Of a stretch of 64,000 nt of DNA, positions 12,478 through 21,515 are shown in pieces; within the stretch, counting starts at the first letter, position 1; each line of letters begins with the position of its first letter. The notes below the pieces were generated by a model that saw nothing but the letters and a program-made list of their open reading frames with translations, did no database searches and was not told where the DNA came from. The DNA is from an uncultured Campylobacter sp. (GTDB lineage Bacteria; Campylobacterota; Campylobacteria; Campylobacterales; Campylobacteraceae): positions 79,480-143,479 of the forward strand of contig CAURPW010000004.1 of assembly GCA_963526985.1 (NCBI GenBank). The letters are read 5' to 3'. The position numbers and the translations under genes are program-made.

Positions 12478-13821
12478 TTACTCCGCTTTTCCAGCCGCCG
12501 CTTTATAGATACCGATTTCGTCTTGCAAAATTTTATATTTTTGAGCTAGCAGGCTGATCCTACCTTCAAGCAGCGAATTTTGCGCCTCTAGATAGTTTTT
12601 TAACTCCGTTTTACCGTAGTCGTATTTGAGTTTATATATGTCGCTGACAGAGCTTAGATTTCGCAAATTTTCGTTTAAATTTCGCAAAACCGCCTCGTCT
12701 TTTTGCAGATTTTTATAGCCGGCGTCAATCTCGTTTAGCGCGGTCGTTAGCGTCTGCGCGTAGTTTAGCTTCATCGTCTCAAACTCAAGCTCGGAGATTT
12801 TTAGCTTTGATTTAAGCTTAGAGTAGTTTAAAAACGGCAAATTTATCGCGATATTTCCACTTAAGAAATTTAGCTTAAGCCCCTCGCTCGCGCTATCTCC
12901 GCTACCGCTAAGCCCTGCACCTACCGTGATGCTAGGGTAGAAGTTCTTTTCGCTAACCTTAACCCCTAAAAGCGCCTCTTTGATACGCGAGATCGCGGCT
13001 TGCAAATCAGGACGCGCGCCGATAACGTAAAGCGGCACGTTTAAATTTACGCCCTGCGACGAGATATCGCTCAAATTTCCGCTCAAATTTAAATCAAACT
13101 CGGGTCTAACGTTTAGCAGATTTCTTAGCGTTTTTTCCGCCGCGTCAAGGCTCTTGCTCGCGTTTAAAATTCTATTTTTAGCCGAGATTACCGAACTTTT
13201 TACTTGCTTTAGGCTTAGCTCCTCTTCTTTGCCGAGCTCAAATTTAGCCTTTATGATAGATTCTAGCTCTTCGTAGTTTTTTAGCGTTTTTTCGTATAGG
13301 TTTATGCTCTCTTTTTGATATTTCGCTTCAAAATACGCATCCGCGACGGAGTTAATGAGCGCGAGTCTGGCGGCCTCTAGGTCGTATTTTGTCGCATTTG
13401 CCTCCCACATGGCGGCGTCTACGGAGTTTGCGAGCTTGCGCCACAGATCGATCTCGTAGCTTAGCGAGATGCCGCTTTTGTAGCTCTCGCTCCAGCTGCC
13501 GCCAGTTTTTATATTTTTACCCGTTTCCGCGCCCAAATTTGCGTTAAAGCTAGGTACGAGATCGGCCTGCAAAACGCCTGCTTGGGCCAAGGCTTTATTT
13601 ACGGCGATGGCTGATTTTGCCAGATCGATATTATTTTTTAGCGCGAGGCCGATTAGCTCGTTTAGGCGCGCTTGGCCGTAGCCCGTCCACCACTCGCGGT
13701 TTATTTTTATATCGGCGCTTGCGTCCTCTTTTAGCAAAATTTGCTCATAGTTTTCGTTTATCTGCGTTACCGCGCAGCCGCCGAGCAAAAAGGCGGCTAG
13801 GATTATGGAGATTTTTTTCAT
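12478..13821 (-). CDS. TolC-family outer membrane lipoprotein
   Basis: Lipobox LGGC, SYEIDLW, RPDL; downstream of macAB. Confidence 0.9.
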   Translation of the reverse strand: MKKISIILAAFLLGGCAVTQINENYEQILLKEDASADIKINREWWTGYGQARLNELIGLALKNNIDLAKSAIAVNKALAQAGVLQADLVPSFNANLGAETGKNIKTGGSWSESYKSGISLSYEIDLWRKLANSVDAAMWEANATKYDLEAARLALINSVADAYFEAKYQKESINLYEKTLKNYEELESIIKAKFELGKEEELSLKQVKSSVISAKNRILNASKSLDAAEKTLRNLLNVRPEFDLNLSGNLSDISSQGVNLNVPLYVIGARPDLQAAISRIKEALLGVKVSEKNFYPSITVGAGLSGSGDSASEGLKLNFLSGNIAINLPFLNYSKLKSKLKISELEFETMKLNYAQTLTTALNEIDAGYKNLQKDEAVLRNLNENLRNLSSVSDIYKLKYDYGKTELKNYLEAQNSLLEGRISLLAQKYKILQDEIGIYKAAAGKAE

Positions 13822-13822
13822 T

Positions 13823-15760
13823 TTATTCCCTTGTTAGAGCGTCGATCGGATTTAGTTTTGAGGCGCTGCGAGCCGGCATATAGCCAAATATCACGCCTAT
13901 CGCGCTAGAAACCGCAAGCGCGACCACGATAGAAGTCTGCGAAAATATCATCTTTACGCCGGGCGCGAAATTTTCCGCTAGATAGCCGATACCAAAGGCC
14001 GTCCCGACGCCGATTAGTCCGCCGATCAGACACAGCAGCACCGCCTCGATCAAAAACTGCTCGAGGATATTTCCCTGACGCGCGCCGATCGCCATCCTGA
14101 TGCCTATTTCCTTAGTGCGCTCTGTTACGGAGACTAGCATGATATTCATCACGCCGATACCGCCCACTAGCAGCGAGATAAAGGCGATACAAGAGATCAG
14201 CAGCGTCATGGTTCTCGTCGTCTCCTCAATCGTTTTTTTGATCGTGTCGGAGTTTCTGGTGAAAAAGTCCTTTTTGCCGTGCTTTGCGGTTAAAATTTCA
14301 GTTAAACTCTGCTCGGCGATTTGCGCGTTTACGTTATCTTTAACCTTAACCGTGATAGATGATAGGTGCCTATCGCCCGTTAGTTTGTTTATGACCGCCG
14401 TATAGGTAGAAAACGTGCGCAGGGTGCTGGAGTCTGCGAACATATTGTCGTTTTTTGCCACTACGCCGATGATTTTAAAGGGGCGTTTGTTAAAAAGCAC
14501 GGTCTTGCCTAACGGATCTTCGTCTGCGAAAAACTGCTCCTGAGTGGGCTGATCTATCACGATCACGGACGCCGACTCTGCGACCTCTTGGGCGGTAAAT
14601 ACCCGCCCGACCTCTACCTTGTAGCCCATGACGTTTAGGCTCTCCTCGCTGCCGCCCCTAATCGTAGCCGAGGCTGATTTGTTGCCGTAGGTGAGCGTGC
14701 CGCTAGCGGAGGCGTTTGGCGTCACGCTATCTAGATAGTCTTGCTTAGATAGCATTGCCGCGTCGCTAACGGTCAAATTTCTCACCCGTTCCGAGCGCAT
14801 ATCGCCAAAACCCTTGCCGTTTAGGATATCGATCGTGTTTGTACCGATACCGCGGATATCGGAGAGTATCTGCTCCTGCGAGCCCTGCCCAAGTGCCACG
14901 ACGCAGATAACCGAAGTGATGCCGATGATGATGCCAAGCATCGTTAGCGCCGAGCGAAGTTTGTGGCTAAGTATCGCGTTTATCGACATTTTAAAGCTCT
15001 CGATAAACTGATCTTTGTAAAAGCTAAAGATATTTTTTTGCTTCGGCAACGGTTTTTCGGAAGCGAAAATTTCCTCGCTTTTTACCGTATCGCTCAAAAT
15101 TTTACCGTCTTTTATCTCGATGACGCGGTTTGCGTATGCGGCGATATTTGGGTCGTGTGTGACGATGATGATAGTGTGGCCTTGCTTGTGCAAATTCGTT
15201 AAAATTTCCATCACCATGAGGCCGCTTTTGCTATCTAGCGCACCCGTCGGCTCGTCTGCTAGGATGATCTCACCGCCGTTTATGAGCGCTCTAGCGATCG
15301 AGACTCGCTGCTGCTGTCCGCCGCTAAGTTTACTAGGCAGATTTTGCAGCTTTTCGCCAAGCCCCAAACCTTCTAAAAGCTCGCCGGCCTTTTTCTCACG
15401 CTCTTTTTTAGAAACGCCCGCATACACGCTAGGCAAAGCCACGTTTTGCAGCGTAGTTAGGGTAGATAGAAGGTTGTAGCGCTGAAAGATAAAGCCGAAT
15501 TTTTCTCTGCGTAAACGCGCCAGCTCGTCGCCTTCAAATTTAGATATGTCGCGCTCTTCTAGCAGATATTGCCCGCCGCTTGGATTATCTAGGCAGCCAA
15601 GGATGTTCATGAGCGTAGATTTTCCAGAGCCGCTTTGACCGATGATAGCGATAAACTCGCCCTTTTTTATGGTTAAATTTACGTCCTTTAGCGCATCAAA
15701 TACGTTATCGCCGAGTTTAAATTTCTTGCTTAAATTTTTAAGTTCTATCAAATTTTTCAA
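13823..15760 (-). CDS. macB: MacB ABC transporter (ATPase-permease)
   Basis: GQSGSGKS, LSGGQQQR, GGIGVMNIMLVSVTERTKEIGIR. Confidence 0.95.
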   Translation of the reverse strand: MKNLIELKNLSKKFKLGDNVFDALKDVNLTIKKGEFIAIIGQSGSGKSTLMNILGCLDNPSGGQYLLEERDISKFEGDELARLRREKFGFIFQRYNLLSTLTTLQNVALPSVYAGVSKKEREKKAGELLEGLGLGEKLQNLPSKLSGGQQQRVSIARALINGGEIILADEPTGALDSKSGLMVMEILTNLHKQGHTIIIVTHDPNIAAYANRVIEIKDGKILSDTVKSEEIFASEKPLPKQKNIFSFYKDQFIESFKMSINAILSHKLRSALTMLGIIIGITSVICVVALGQGSQEQILSDIRGIGTNTIDILNGKGFGDMRSERVRNLTVSDAAMLSKQDYLDSVTPNASASGTLTYGNKSASATIRGGSEESLNVMGYKVEVGRVFTAQEVAESASVIVIDQPTQEQFFADEDPLGKTVLFNKRPFKIIGVVAKNDNMFADSSTLRTFSTYTAVINKLTGDRHLSSITVKVKDNVNAQIAEQSLTEILTAKHGKKDFFTRNSDTIKKTIEETTRTMTLLISCIAFISLLVGGIGVMNIMLVSVTERTKEIGIRMAIGARQGNILEQFLIEAVLLCLIGGLIGVGTAFGIGYLAENFAPGVKMIFSQTSIVVALAVSSAIGVIFGYMPARSASKLNPIDALTRE

Positions 15761-15769
15761 GACTTAGCC

Positions 15770-16978
15770 TTAGAACTTCATTCTTCTTTTTTCTTTTTCG
15801 AGCATTTCGCTGATTTCAGCCGCCGAATTTTGCTTCGTTACGACCTCCTCGCCCTCCTCTACTCCGCTTAAAATTTGAGTTTTTAGGCTATCGATTAGTC
15901 CCGTTTGCACCTCTCTTCGCTCGGCAGTTTCTAGTCCGTTTTTGTCCCTTTTTAGCACGTAGACTACGCTTTTGCCATCTTCTTTTTTAACGGCTATCGA
16001 GGGCACTATGACGGCGTCTTTAGCGCTATCTAGGATGACTGTGTTTTGCGTAGTCATACCGATCCTTAGCGTGCCGTCGGGATTATCTACCACGGCCTTA
16101 GCGTAGTAGTAGATCGCCGAGCTGCTAGAACTTGAGGTAGTAGAGCCCGAGCTTGAGGTGGTTTTGTATTTGCCGTTACTTAGCGTGGTTAGACCGGGAT
16201 CAACCGAGCTAATTTGAGCGTGAAATTTACGATTCGGCTCGGATAGTATCGAGTATTCGACTTTTGAGCCGACTTTTATCTTTGTAATGTCGCCCTCGGC
16301 GATCTCCATTTTTAGCTGCACTTTGCTTAGATCGGCGATGTTTACGATGGTTGGCGTAGTTTGGTTTGAGTTTACGGTTTGACCCTCCTCTACCTGCACG
16401 GAGACCACGACGCCGCCTTTTGGGGCGGTGATTTTAGTGTAGCCAAGGTCGATTTGAGCGGTGTTTAGAGAGATTTTAGCCTGCGCGACTTGCGCCTCGA
16501 TCTCTTTTAGCGAGGCTTCGTTTGCGGCTAGGGTGTTTTTAGCGTTTTCAAACTCCTCTTTTGAGGTTGCGTTTTTAGCAAAAAGCTCTTGCTCGCGCTT
16601 AAATTTGGTTTTTGAGATTTCAAGCGCGACTTTGGCTGAATTTAACTTCGCTTCGTAAATTCCAAGCTGAGCTTTTTTGGTATCTACGTTATTTTGCTGA
16701 GTCGCGGAGTCGATTTCGGCTATCATATCGCCGGCTTTTACGACGTCGCCGAGTTTGACGTAGAGTTTTTTGATCTGGCCGCCCACCTGCGCACCCACGT
16801 CGATTAGCTCGGTAGCGTAGATCTCGCCGTTGCTTTCGATGCTTTTAACCAGCTCGCCGCGAACGGCTTTTGAAGTGATAAACTGATCGCCTTGCGGGAC
16901 GTTATTCTTATGGTAAAAATAATAGCCCGCACCAGCCAAAATAGCTGCGATGACGATAAATTTGATAAATTTCTTCAT
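15770..16978 (-). CDS. macA: MacA periplasmic adaptor
   Basis: VGAQVGGQ, EGQTVNSNQTTP. ATG at 16978 preferred because TATAAT lies at 17009-17014. Confidence 0.92.
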   Translation of the reverse strand: MKKFIKFIVIAAILAGAGYYFYHKNNVPQGDQFITSKAVRGELVKSIESNGEIYATELIDVGAQVGGQIKKLYVKLGDVVKAGDMIAEIDSATQQNNVDTKKAQLGIYEAKLNSAKVALEISKTKFKREQELFAKNATSKEEFENAKNTLAANEASLKEIEAQVAQAKISLNTAQIDLGYTKITAPKGGVVVSVQVEEGQTVNSNQTTPTIVNIADLSKVQLKMEIAEGDITKIKVGSKVEYSILSEPNRKFHAQISSVDPGLTTLSNGKYKTTSSSGSTTSSSSSSAIYYYAKAVVDNPDGTLRIGMTTQNTVILDSAKDAVIVPSIAVKKEDGKSVVYVLKRDKNGLETAERREVQTGLIDSLKTQILSGVEEGEEVVTKQNSAAEISEMLEKEKRRMKF

Positions 16979-17008
16979 TATTTCTCGCTTTTTTAAATTT
17001 GACACGAG

Positions 17009-17042
17009 ATTATATACAAAAATGCGTTAAGGCGATGTTAAG
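17009..17042 (-). promoter_or_regulatory. macA promoter: TATAAT plus CTTAAC-N5-CTTAAC direct repeat
   Basis: ATTATA at 17009-17014; GTTAAG at 17026 and 17037 (11-bp period). Confidence 0.55.
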
Positions 17043-17123
17043 TAATTCAACTAAATTTTATTTTTCTTTAATGCTAGCCGCCGTATAATCGCGTTTTTAA
17101 AATTTATAACTCGGATTACGCAA

Positions 17124-18035
17124 ATGTTTACGCAATTATTATCTATTTTTATCATTATCGCCTCAGGCTACGGGGCGAAAAAATTTAAGGTCTTTGAGCA
17201 AAAAAACGCCTCCGTATTCATAAACTACGCGCTTTGCTTCGCGCTTCCGGCGCTGATTTTCGATAAAATTTACCACGTAAACATCGACACCACGCTCATT
17301 AACGTCATCGCCACCGGTTTTGCCTGTTCGATGCTGGGAGCGGCGGCGATATTTTTAGCGTGCAGATTTTTAAAATTTAACAAAGCCACGACCGTGAGCG
17401 CCGTACTGCTAGGGATGTTTGGAAATACCGTATTTATGGGTATGCCTATCATCAAGGGCTTTTTCGGCGAGGACGCGATGAACGAAGTTATCTTTTACGA
17501 TCAGCTAGCCACCTCGATCCCGATTAGCATTTTTGGCCCTTTTATCCTGGCTTTCGGCGCTCCGGCGAAGGTTTCGCTCGTGCAAAACGTTATGAAAGTG
17601 GTCAAATTTCCCCCGTTCGTCGCGCTTATCTTGGGCTTTTTACTTCGCGGCGTTCCGCTTCCGAAGGTGCTATTTGACGCGCTTACGCTTTTTGCGCAAA
17701 GCGTCGTTCCGGTCGCTCTTTTTGCGATCGGTATCGGACTTGGATTTCGCAGTATCAAGAGCTGCTATAAATCAACGGCCGTGGTAATCGCGGGCAAGAT
17801 GCTGCTAGCGCCTTTTATTTTTATATTAGTCACGATAGTTTTTGGCGTAAATTTCGGTCAAATTTGGATGATAGGCATCCTGCAGTGCGCCATGCCGCCG
17901 ATGGTGCTAGCAAGCGCGATGATCATGAAAGCAGAGCTTGATAGCCAGCTAGCCGTAGCCGCAGTAGCCGTGGGAGTCGCGTTTAGCTTTATTAGCCTGC
18001 CGCTTTTATCGTACGTTTTTAGCCTGATGGCATAA
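17124..18035 (+). CDS. AEC family transporter
   Basis: ALPALIF, GNTVFMGMP, AMPP; about 10 TM helices. Confidence 0.88.
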   Translation: MFTQLLSIFIIIASGYGAKKFKVFEQKNASVFINYALCFALPALIFDKIYHVNIDTTLINVIATGFACSMLGAAAIFLACRFLKFNKATTVSAVLLGMFGNTVFMGMPIIKGFFGEDAMNEVIFYDQLATSIPISIFGPFILAFGAPAKVSLVQNVMKVVKFPPFVALILGFLLRGVPLPKVLFDALTLFAQSVVPVALFAIGIGLGFRSIKSCYKSTAVVIAGKMLLAPFIFILVTIVFGVNFGQIWMIGILQCAMPPMVLASAMIMKAELDSQLAVAAVAVGVAFSFISLPLLSYVFSLMA

Positions 18036-18068
18036 ATTCACGCTCGTTTCACGTTTCTTGGCTAAACT
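18036..18068 (+). promoter_or_regulatory. DccR-type box and -10 element
   Basis: ATTCAC-GCTCGT-TTCACG (18036-18053) matches WTTCAC-N6-TTCAC; TAAACT at 18063-18068. Confidence 0.7.
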
Positions 18069-18098
18069 TCCATCATAAATTTTCTTAAAGGAGATGCT

Positions 18099-18344
18099 AT
18101 GAAAAAGTTAGCTTTAGTTGCGCTTAGCGCGTTGTTCGTTACAGGTTCTATCTTTGCCGCCGAGATGAAAGGCGATATGATGGAGAAAAAAGATACCATG
18201 ATGGAAAAGAAAGACGCCATGATGGAGAAAAAAGACGATATGATGATAAAAAAGGACGAAATGAAGGGCGATATGAAAGAGATGAAAGACGATATGGGTA
18301 AAAAGAAAGACGATATGAAAGATATGAAAAAGGATAAGATGTAA
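18099..18344 (+). CDS. secreted Met/Lys/Asp-rich repeat peptide (MXKDX-like)
   Basis: AAAGGAG RBS, signal peptide ending IFA, MMEKKD repeats; stop overlaps next start (TAATG). Confidence 0.88.
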   Translation: MKKLALVALSALFVTGSIFAAEMKGDMMEKKDTMMEKKDAMMEKKDDMMIKKDEMKGDMKEMKDDMGKKKDDMKDMKKDKM

Positions 18345-19006
18345 TGACGCAAATTTTGCTCGTAGAGGACGATGAGACGCTAAGCGAACTCATCAGCGAG
18401 TATCTGAGCGAACAAGGCTATGACGTGACCGTTCGCGCCGATGCTAAAGCAGCTCTAGATACCGCCTACGAGCGAAATTTTGATATCCTCATCCTCGACG
18501 TCAAGCTACCTAAAGGCGACGGTTTCTCCCTTTTGCGCGAACTTAGGCGGCTTGGCGACGACACGCCTGCGATCTTTACCACCTCGCTAAACGCGCTGCA
18601 AGACTTAGAGATCGGCTACAAAAGCGGCTGCGACGACTACTTAAAAAAGCCGTACGAGCTAAAAGAGCTTTTGCTTCGTATTCAAATTTTACTCAAGCGC
18701 AAATTTTCTCACGTAAACGACGAATTTATCGAGCTTAACGACGGATATAAATTTTATCCAAGCTCCAAAACGCTCCGGCAAAACGGGCAAATCGTAAACC
18801 TCTCAAACAAAGAAAGCGAACTTTTGGCGCTATTTTTGGAAAATAAAAACGCGCTGCTGAGCAAAGAGGCGATATTTGAGAAAATTTGGAACTACGGCGA
18901 GGAGCCAAGCGAACTGAGCCTGCGGGTTTACGTCAAAAACTTACGCCGCATTTTAGGCAAGGACGCGATCGTAAATAGGCGCGGCGACGGCTATATCTAT
19001 GTCTGA
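18344..19006 (+). CDS. dccR: OmpR-family response regulator, DccR-like
   Basis: LLVEDD, ILDVKLP, GCDDYLKKPYE, EEPSELSLRVYVKNLR; closely resembles C. jejuni DccR as I recall it. Confidence 0.85.
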   Translation: MTQILLVEDDETLSELISEYLSEQGYDVTVRADAKAALDTAYERNFDILILDVKLPKGDGFSLLRELRRLGDDTPAIFTTSLNALQDLEIGYKSGCDDYLKKPYELKELLLRIQILLKRKFSHVNDEFIELNDGYKFYPSSKTLRQNGQIVNLSNKESELLALFLENKNALLSKEAIFEKIWNYGEEPSELSLRVYVKNLRRILGKDAIVNRRGDGYIYV

Positions 19007-20171
19007 GCGCTCCGCCGTTATAGCTAAAATCCTCTCGCTTTATCTCATCACTAGCACCCTATTTTTGGGGTATTTTTTCACGAACGACTACAAAATGGAA
19101 AAAGAAGCCCTCATCTCAAACGAGGTAAAAAACCTAAAAGAGATCAAGATGGGTATCTATATGAAAGCGCGCATGGACGGGCTTGGCGCAGTAAAAAGCT
19201 TTACCGCCGAAAAAGACGTCAAAGCCTGCATCGTGGCTAAAAGCGGTCAAATTTTATACGGCGAGGCGGGCTGCGCTAAATTTGACGCAGCCCAAAGCAG
19301 CGCGGTCGCAGCAGACGGCAAGGTAACGATATTTGAAGCCTTGCAAAACATGGACGAAGGCGGCGCGGACGAGCTAGCCACGGCAAAGATCGCGCTAAGC
19401 GGCAAGAGCGTCACGAGCGAGCTAAATTTGCTATGGCTGCGGACGGCGCTAAATTTGCTTATCGTTTTAGGCGTCATCATGATAATCGCCTTTTATCTAG
19501 CAAAGACCGCGCTAGCGCCGCTACACGCCAAGATCGCCGCGCTAAATCGCTTTATAAAAGACTCTACTCACGAGCTAAACGCACCCCTTAGCGTCATACT
19601 TATGAGCATCGAAACGGCAGACAAAAGTAGCCTAAGCCAGAGAAATCTAAAGCGCCTAAACAACATCCAAACCGCCGCCAAAACGCTAAGCCGCACCTAT
19701 GAGGACCTCACGTATTTATCCTTTGGTGCCTCAAGCTCCGCACTAAAAGAGGAGCTAAATTTTAGAGATATTTTAAACGAGCGACTCGAATTTTTCGCTC
19801 CGTTTTTTGCTAAACGAGGGCTTGATTTAAGGCTAAATTTAAAAGACGCTCTCATAAATGCAAACGGCTATGAGCTAAAACGTGCGGTGGATAATCTACT
19901 AAGCAACGCCGTAAAATACGCAAACCAAGGCGGCTACGTCGCGGTTAGTTTGCAAGACGGCGAGCTAAAAATCTCAAACAGCGGCGAGGGGCTAAGCAAA
20001 GAGCAGCAAGATAAAATTTTCGAACGATACACGCGGTTTAATGAAGACCAAGGCGGCTTTGGCATAGGGTTAAATTTGGTAAAAAGAGCCTGCGAAAACA
20101 ACGCTATCGCCGTAACCTGCGAAAGCGAATCCGGCAAAGAAACGACGTTTTGGCTGCGGTGGCAAGCATAA
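18999..20171 (+). CDS. dccS: sensor histidine kinase, DccS-like
   Basis: Two TMs, H-box THELNAPL, N-box NLLSNAVKY, G-box GGFGIGL. Confidence 0.82.
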   Translation: MSERSAVIAKILSLYLITSTLFLGYFFTNDYKMEKEALISNEVKNLKEIKMGIYMKARMDGLGAVKSFTAEKDVKACIVAKSGQILYGEAGCAKFDAAQSSAVAADGKVTIFEALQNMDEGGADELATAKIALSGKSVTSELNLLWLRTALNLLIVLGVIMIIAFYLAKTALAPLHAKIAALNRFIKDSTHELNAPLSVILMSIETADKSSLSQRNLKRLNNIQTAAKTLSRTYEDLTYLSFGASSSALKEELNFRDILNERLEFFAPFFAKRGLDLRLNLKDALINANGYELKRAVDNLLSNAVKYANQGGYVAVSLQDGELKISNSGEGLSKEQQDKIFERYTRFNEDQGGFGIGLNLVKRACENNAIAVTCESESGKETTFWLRWQA

Positions 20172-20602
20172 ATTCGACATCAAATTCGGCGGTTTGGGCT
20201 TTGAGCCAAATTTTAGATTTTAAATTTAGCATTACGCTATATGACCAAAATTTAATCCGACTCCTTTTTGAAGTAACAAAAACGACTTTACGAATTTTTT
20301 ACGATTTTTGGCTCTTAAGCAAATTTCAGTCGTAAAATTTGCGCCGTGCGGTTAAAATCGCATGATGCATCCCGAGAATAAAAAGCGATTTTCATAGATT
20401 CTTAGCTCAAACCGTCCTTAAAACCTCGGGCCATTTAGTTAAAATATTCCTTAAAGTTCCTCGCGATTAAATTAAGGGTTAAACCCTATCTTTAAAATTT
20501 CAAGACTTTGCGAGTTTAATAAAATTCGATTAAAATCTTAGTCAAATCCAAATTTGCAAGGCGAGTAAAGATTTCGCGCAGGCGTATGCTTGCGGTTTAA
20601 AT

Positions 20603-21220
20603 TTACTCGCTATTTACTAGCGAAAGATTTCTGCAGCCGACCTCATCGCCCAGCTCGCATCCTATCTCGTAAAATTTCCTCGCCACGTCCCTGCTCGCCG
20701 TCTCTACGCCCAAAGAAAACTGATGCATGCTACCTAGATTCGTGCAGCTTTTAGCGTGTTTTAGCTGCACGCAGGATTTTTCGTAGAGTTTTATCGCGCG
20801 CACGAAGTCGTTTTTACGCGCACCAAGCCCCAGGCGGTAAACGTTTGCGGCATTAAAGCAGCCGTATTTATTGCCCGCTTGGCAGGCCTTTAAAAAAAGA
20901 GGTAAAATTTGATCGCTAGCAGGATCGATTTTTTGATAAAGAGAACCTAAATTCGAACATGCTACGCCCTCGCCGCTCTCGCAGGCCTTTTGATAGCAGA
21001 GCTTCGCACGCTCGTAGTCTTTGACGTTTTCAAATTTCACGCCCGTATCGTTACACTCTTTTGGGCTTTTGCCGTCGCAGATGTTTTTTATTTCAGACTG
21101 CGTAACGGGCTTTGGCGGTGCGGGGGTTGCCTTTTTCGGCGCGGCGCAACCACTAGCAAACGCCGCAACCAGCGCAAAAACGGCAATGTGCGAGATAGCT
21201 TGAAAAAAAGCGCGTTTCAA
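20603..21220 (-). CDS. Sel1-repeat cysteine-rich lipoprotein (Hcp-like)
   Basis: Lipobox ASGC, repeated YxKAC......AC.NLG units. Confidence 0.85.
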   Translation of the reverse strand: MKRAFFQAISHIAVFALVAAFASGCAAPKKATPAPPKPVTQSEIKNICDGKSPKECNDTGVKFENVKDYERAKLCYQKACESGEGVACSNLGSLYQKIDPASDQILPLFLKACQAGNKYGCFNAANVYRLGLGARKNDFVRAIKLYEKSCVQLKHAKSCTNLGSMHQFSLGVETASRDVARKFYEIGCELGDEVGCRNLSLVNSE

Positions 21221-21515
21221 AATTTAGCCTTAAGAAAATTTTGCCTTAATCTTACCTTACGCTCGCCAAAATAACGCTTAAAATAAACTTTAAAATCCTT
21301 GACAGTAACCAAACGGAGCCAAATTTGTAACAAATTTATCGCTCGTTAAAAGGGTATTTTTAGCGTATTAAAGCGAATTTACCCATAGTTTTATATCTAA
21401 ATTCGGCGCCTATCGTAACCTATAAATTTACAAATTTAATACCGACAAAAAGCGCCGAATTTATAGCTTGGATCACTACGGGCGCAACCCAAGCCGAAAG
21501 GCGTGCCAAAACGCC

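Noticed and set aside
18062..18393. Two minus-strand Ser/Phe-rich ORFs
   Set aside because: Antisense shadows of the Met-rich repeat gene.
20423..20435. ACCTCGGGCCATT as a second att site
   Set aside because: Only 9 contiguous matches, upstream of the tRNA, with core genes between; likely chance.
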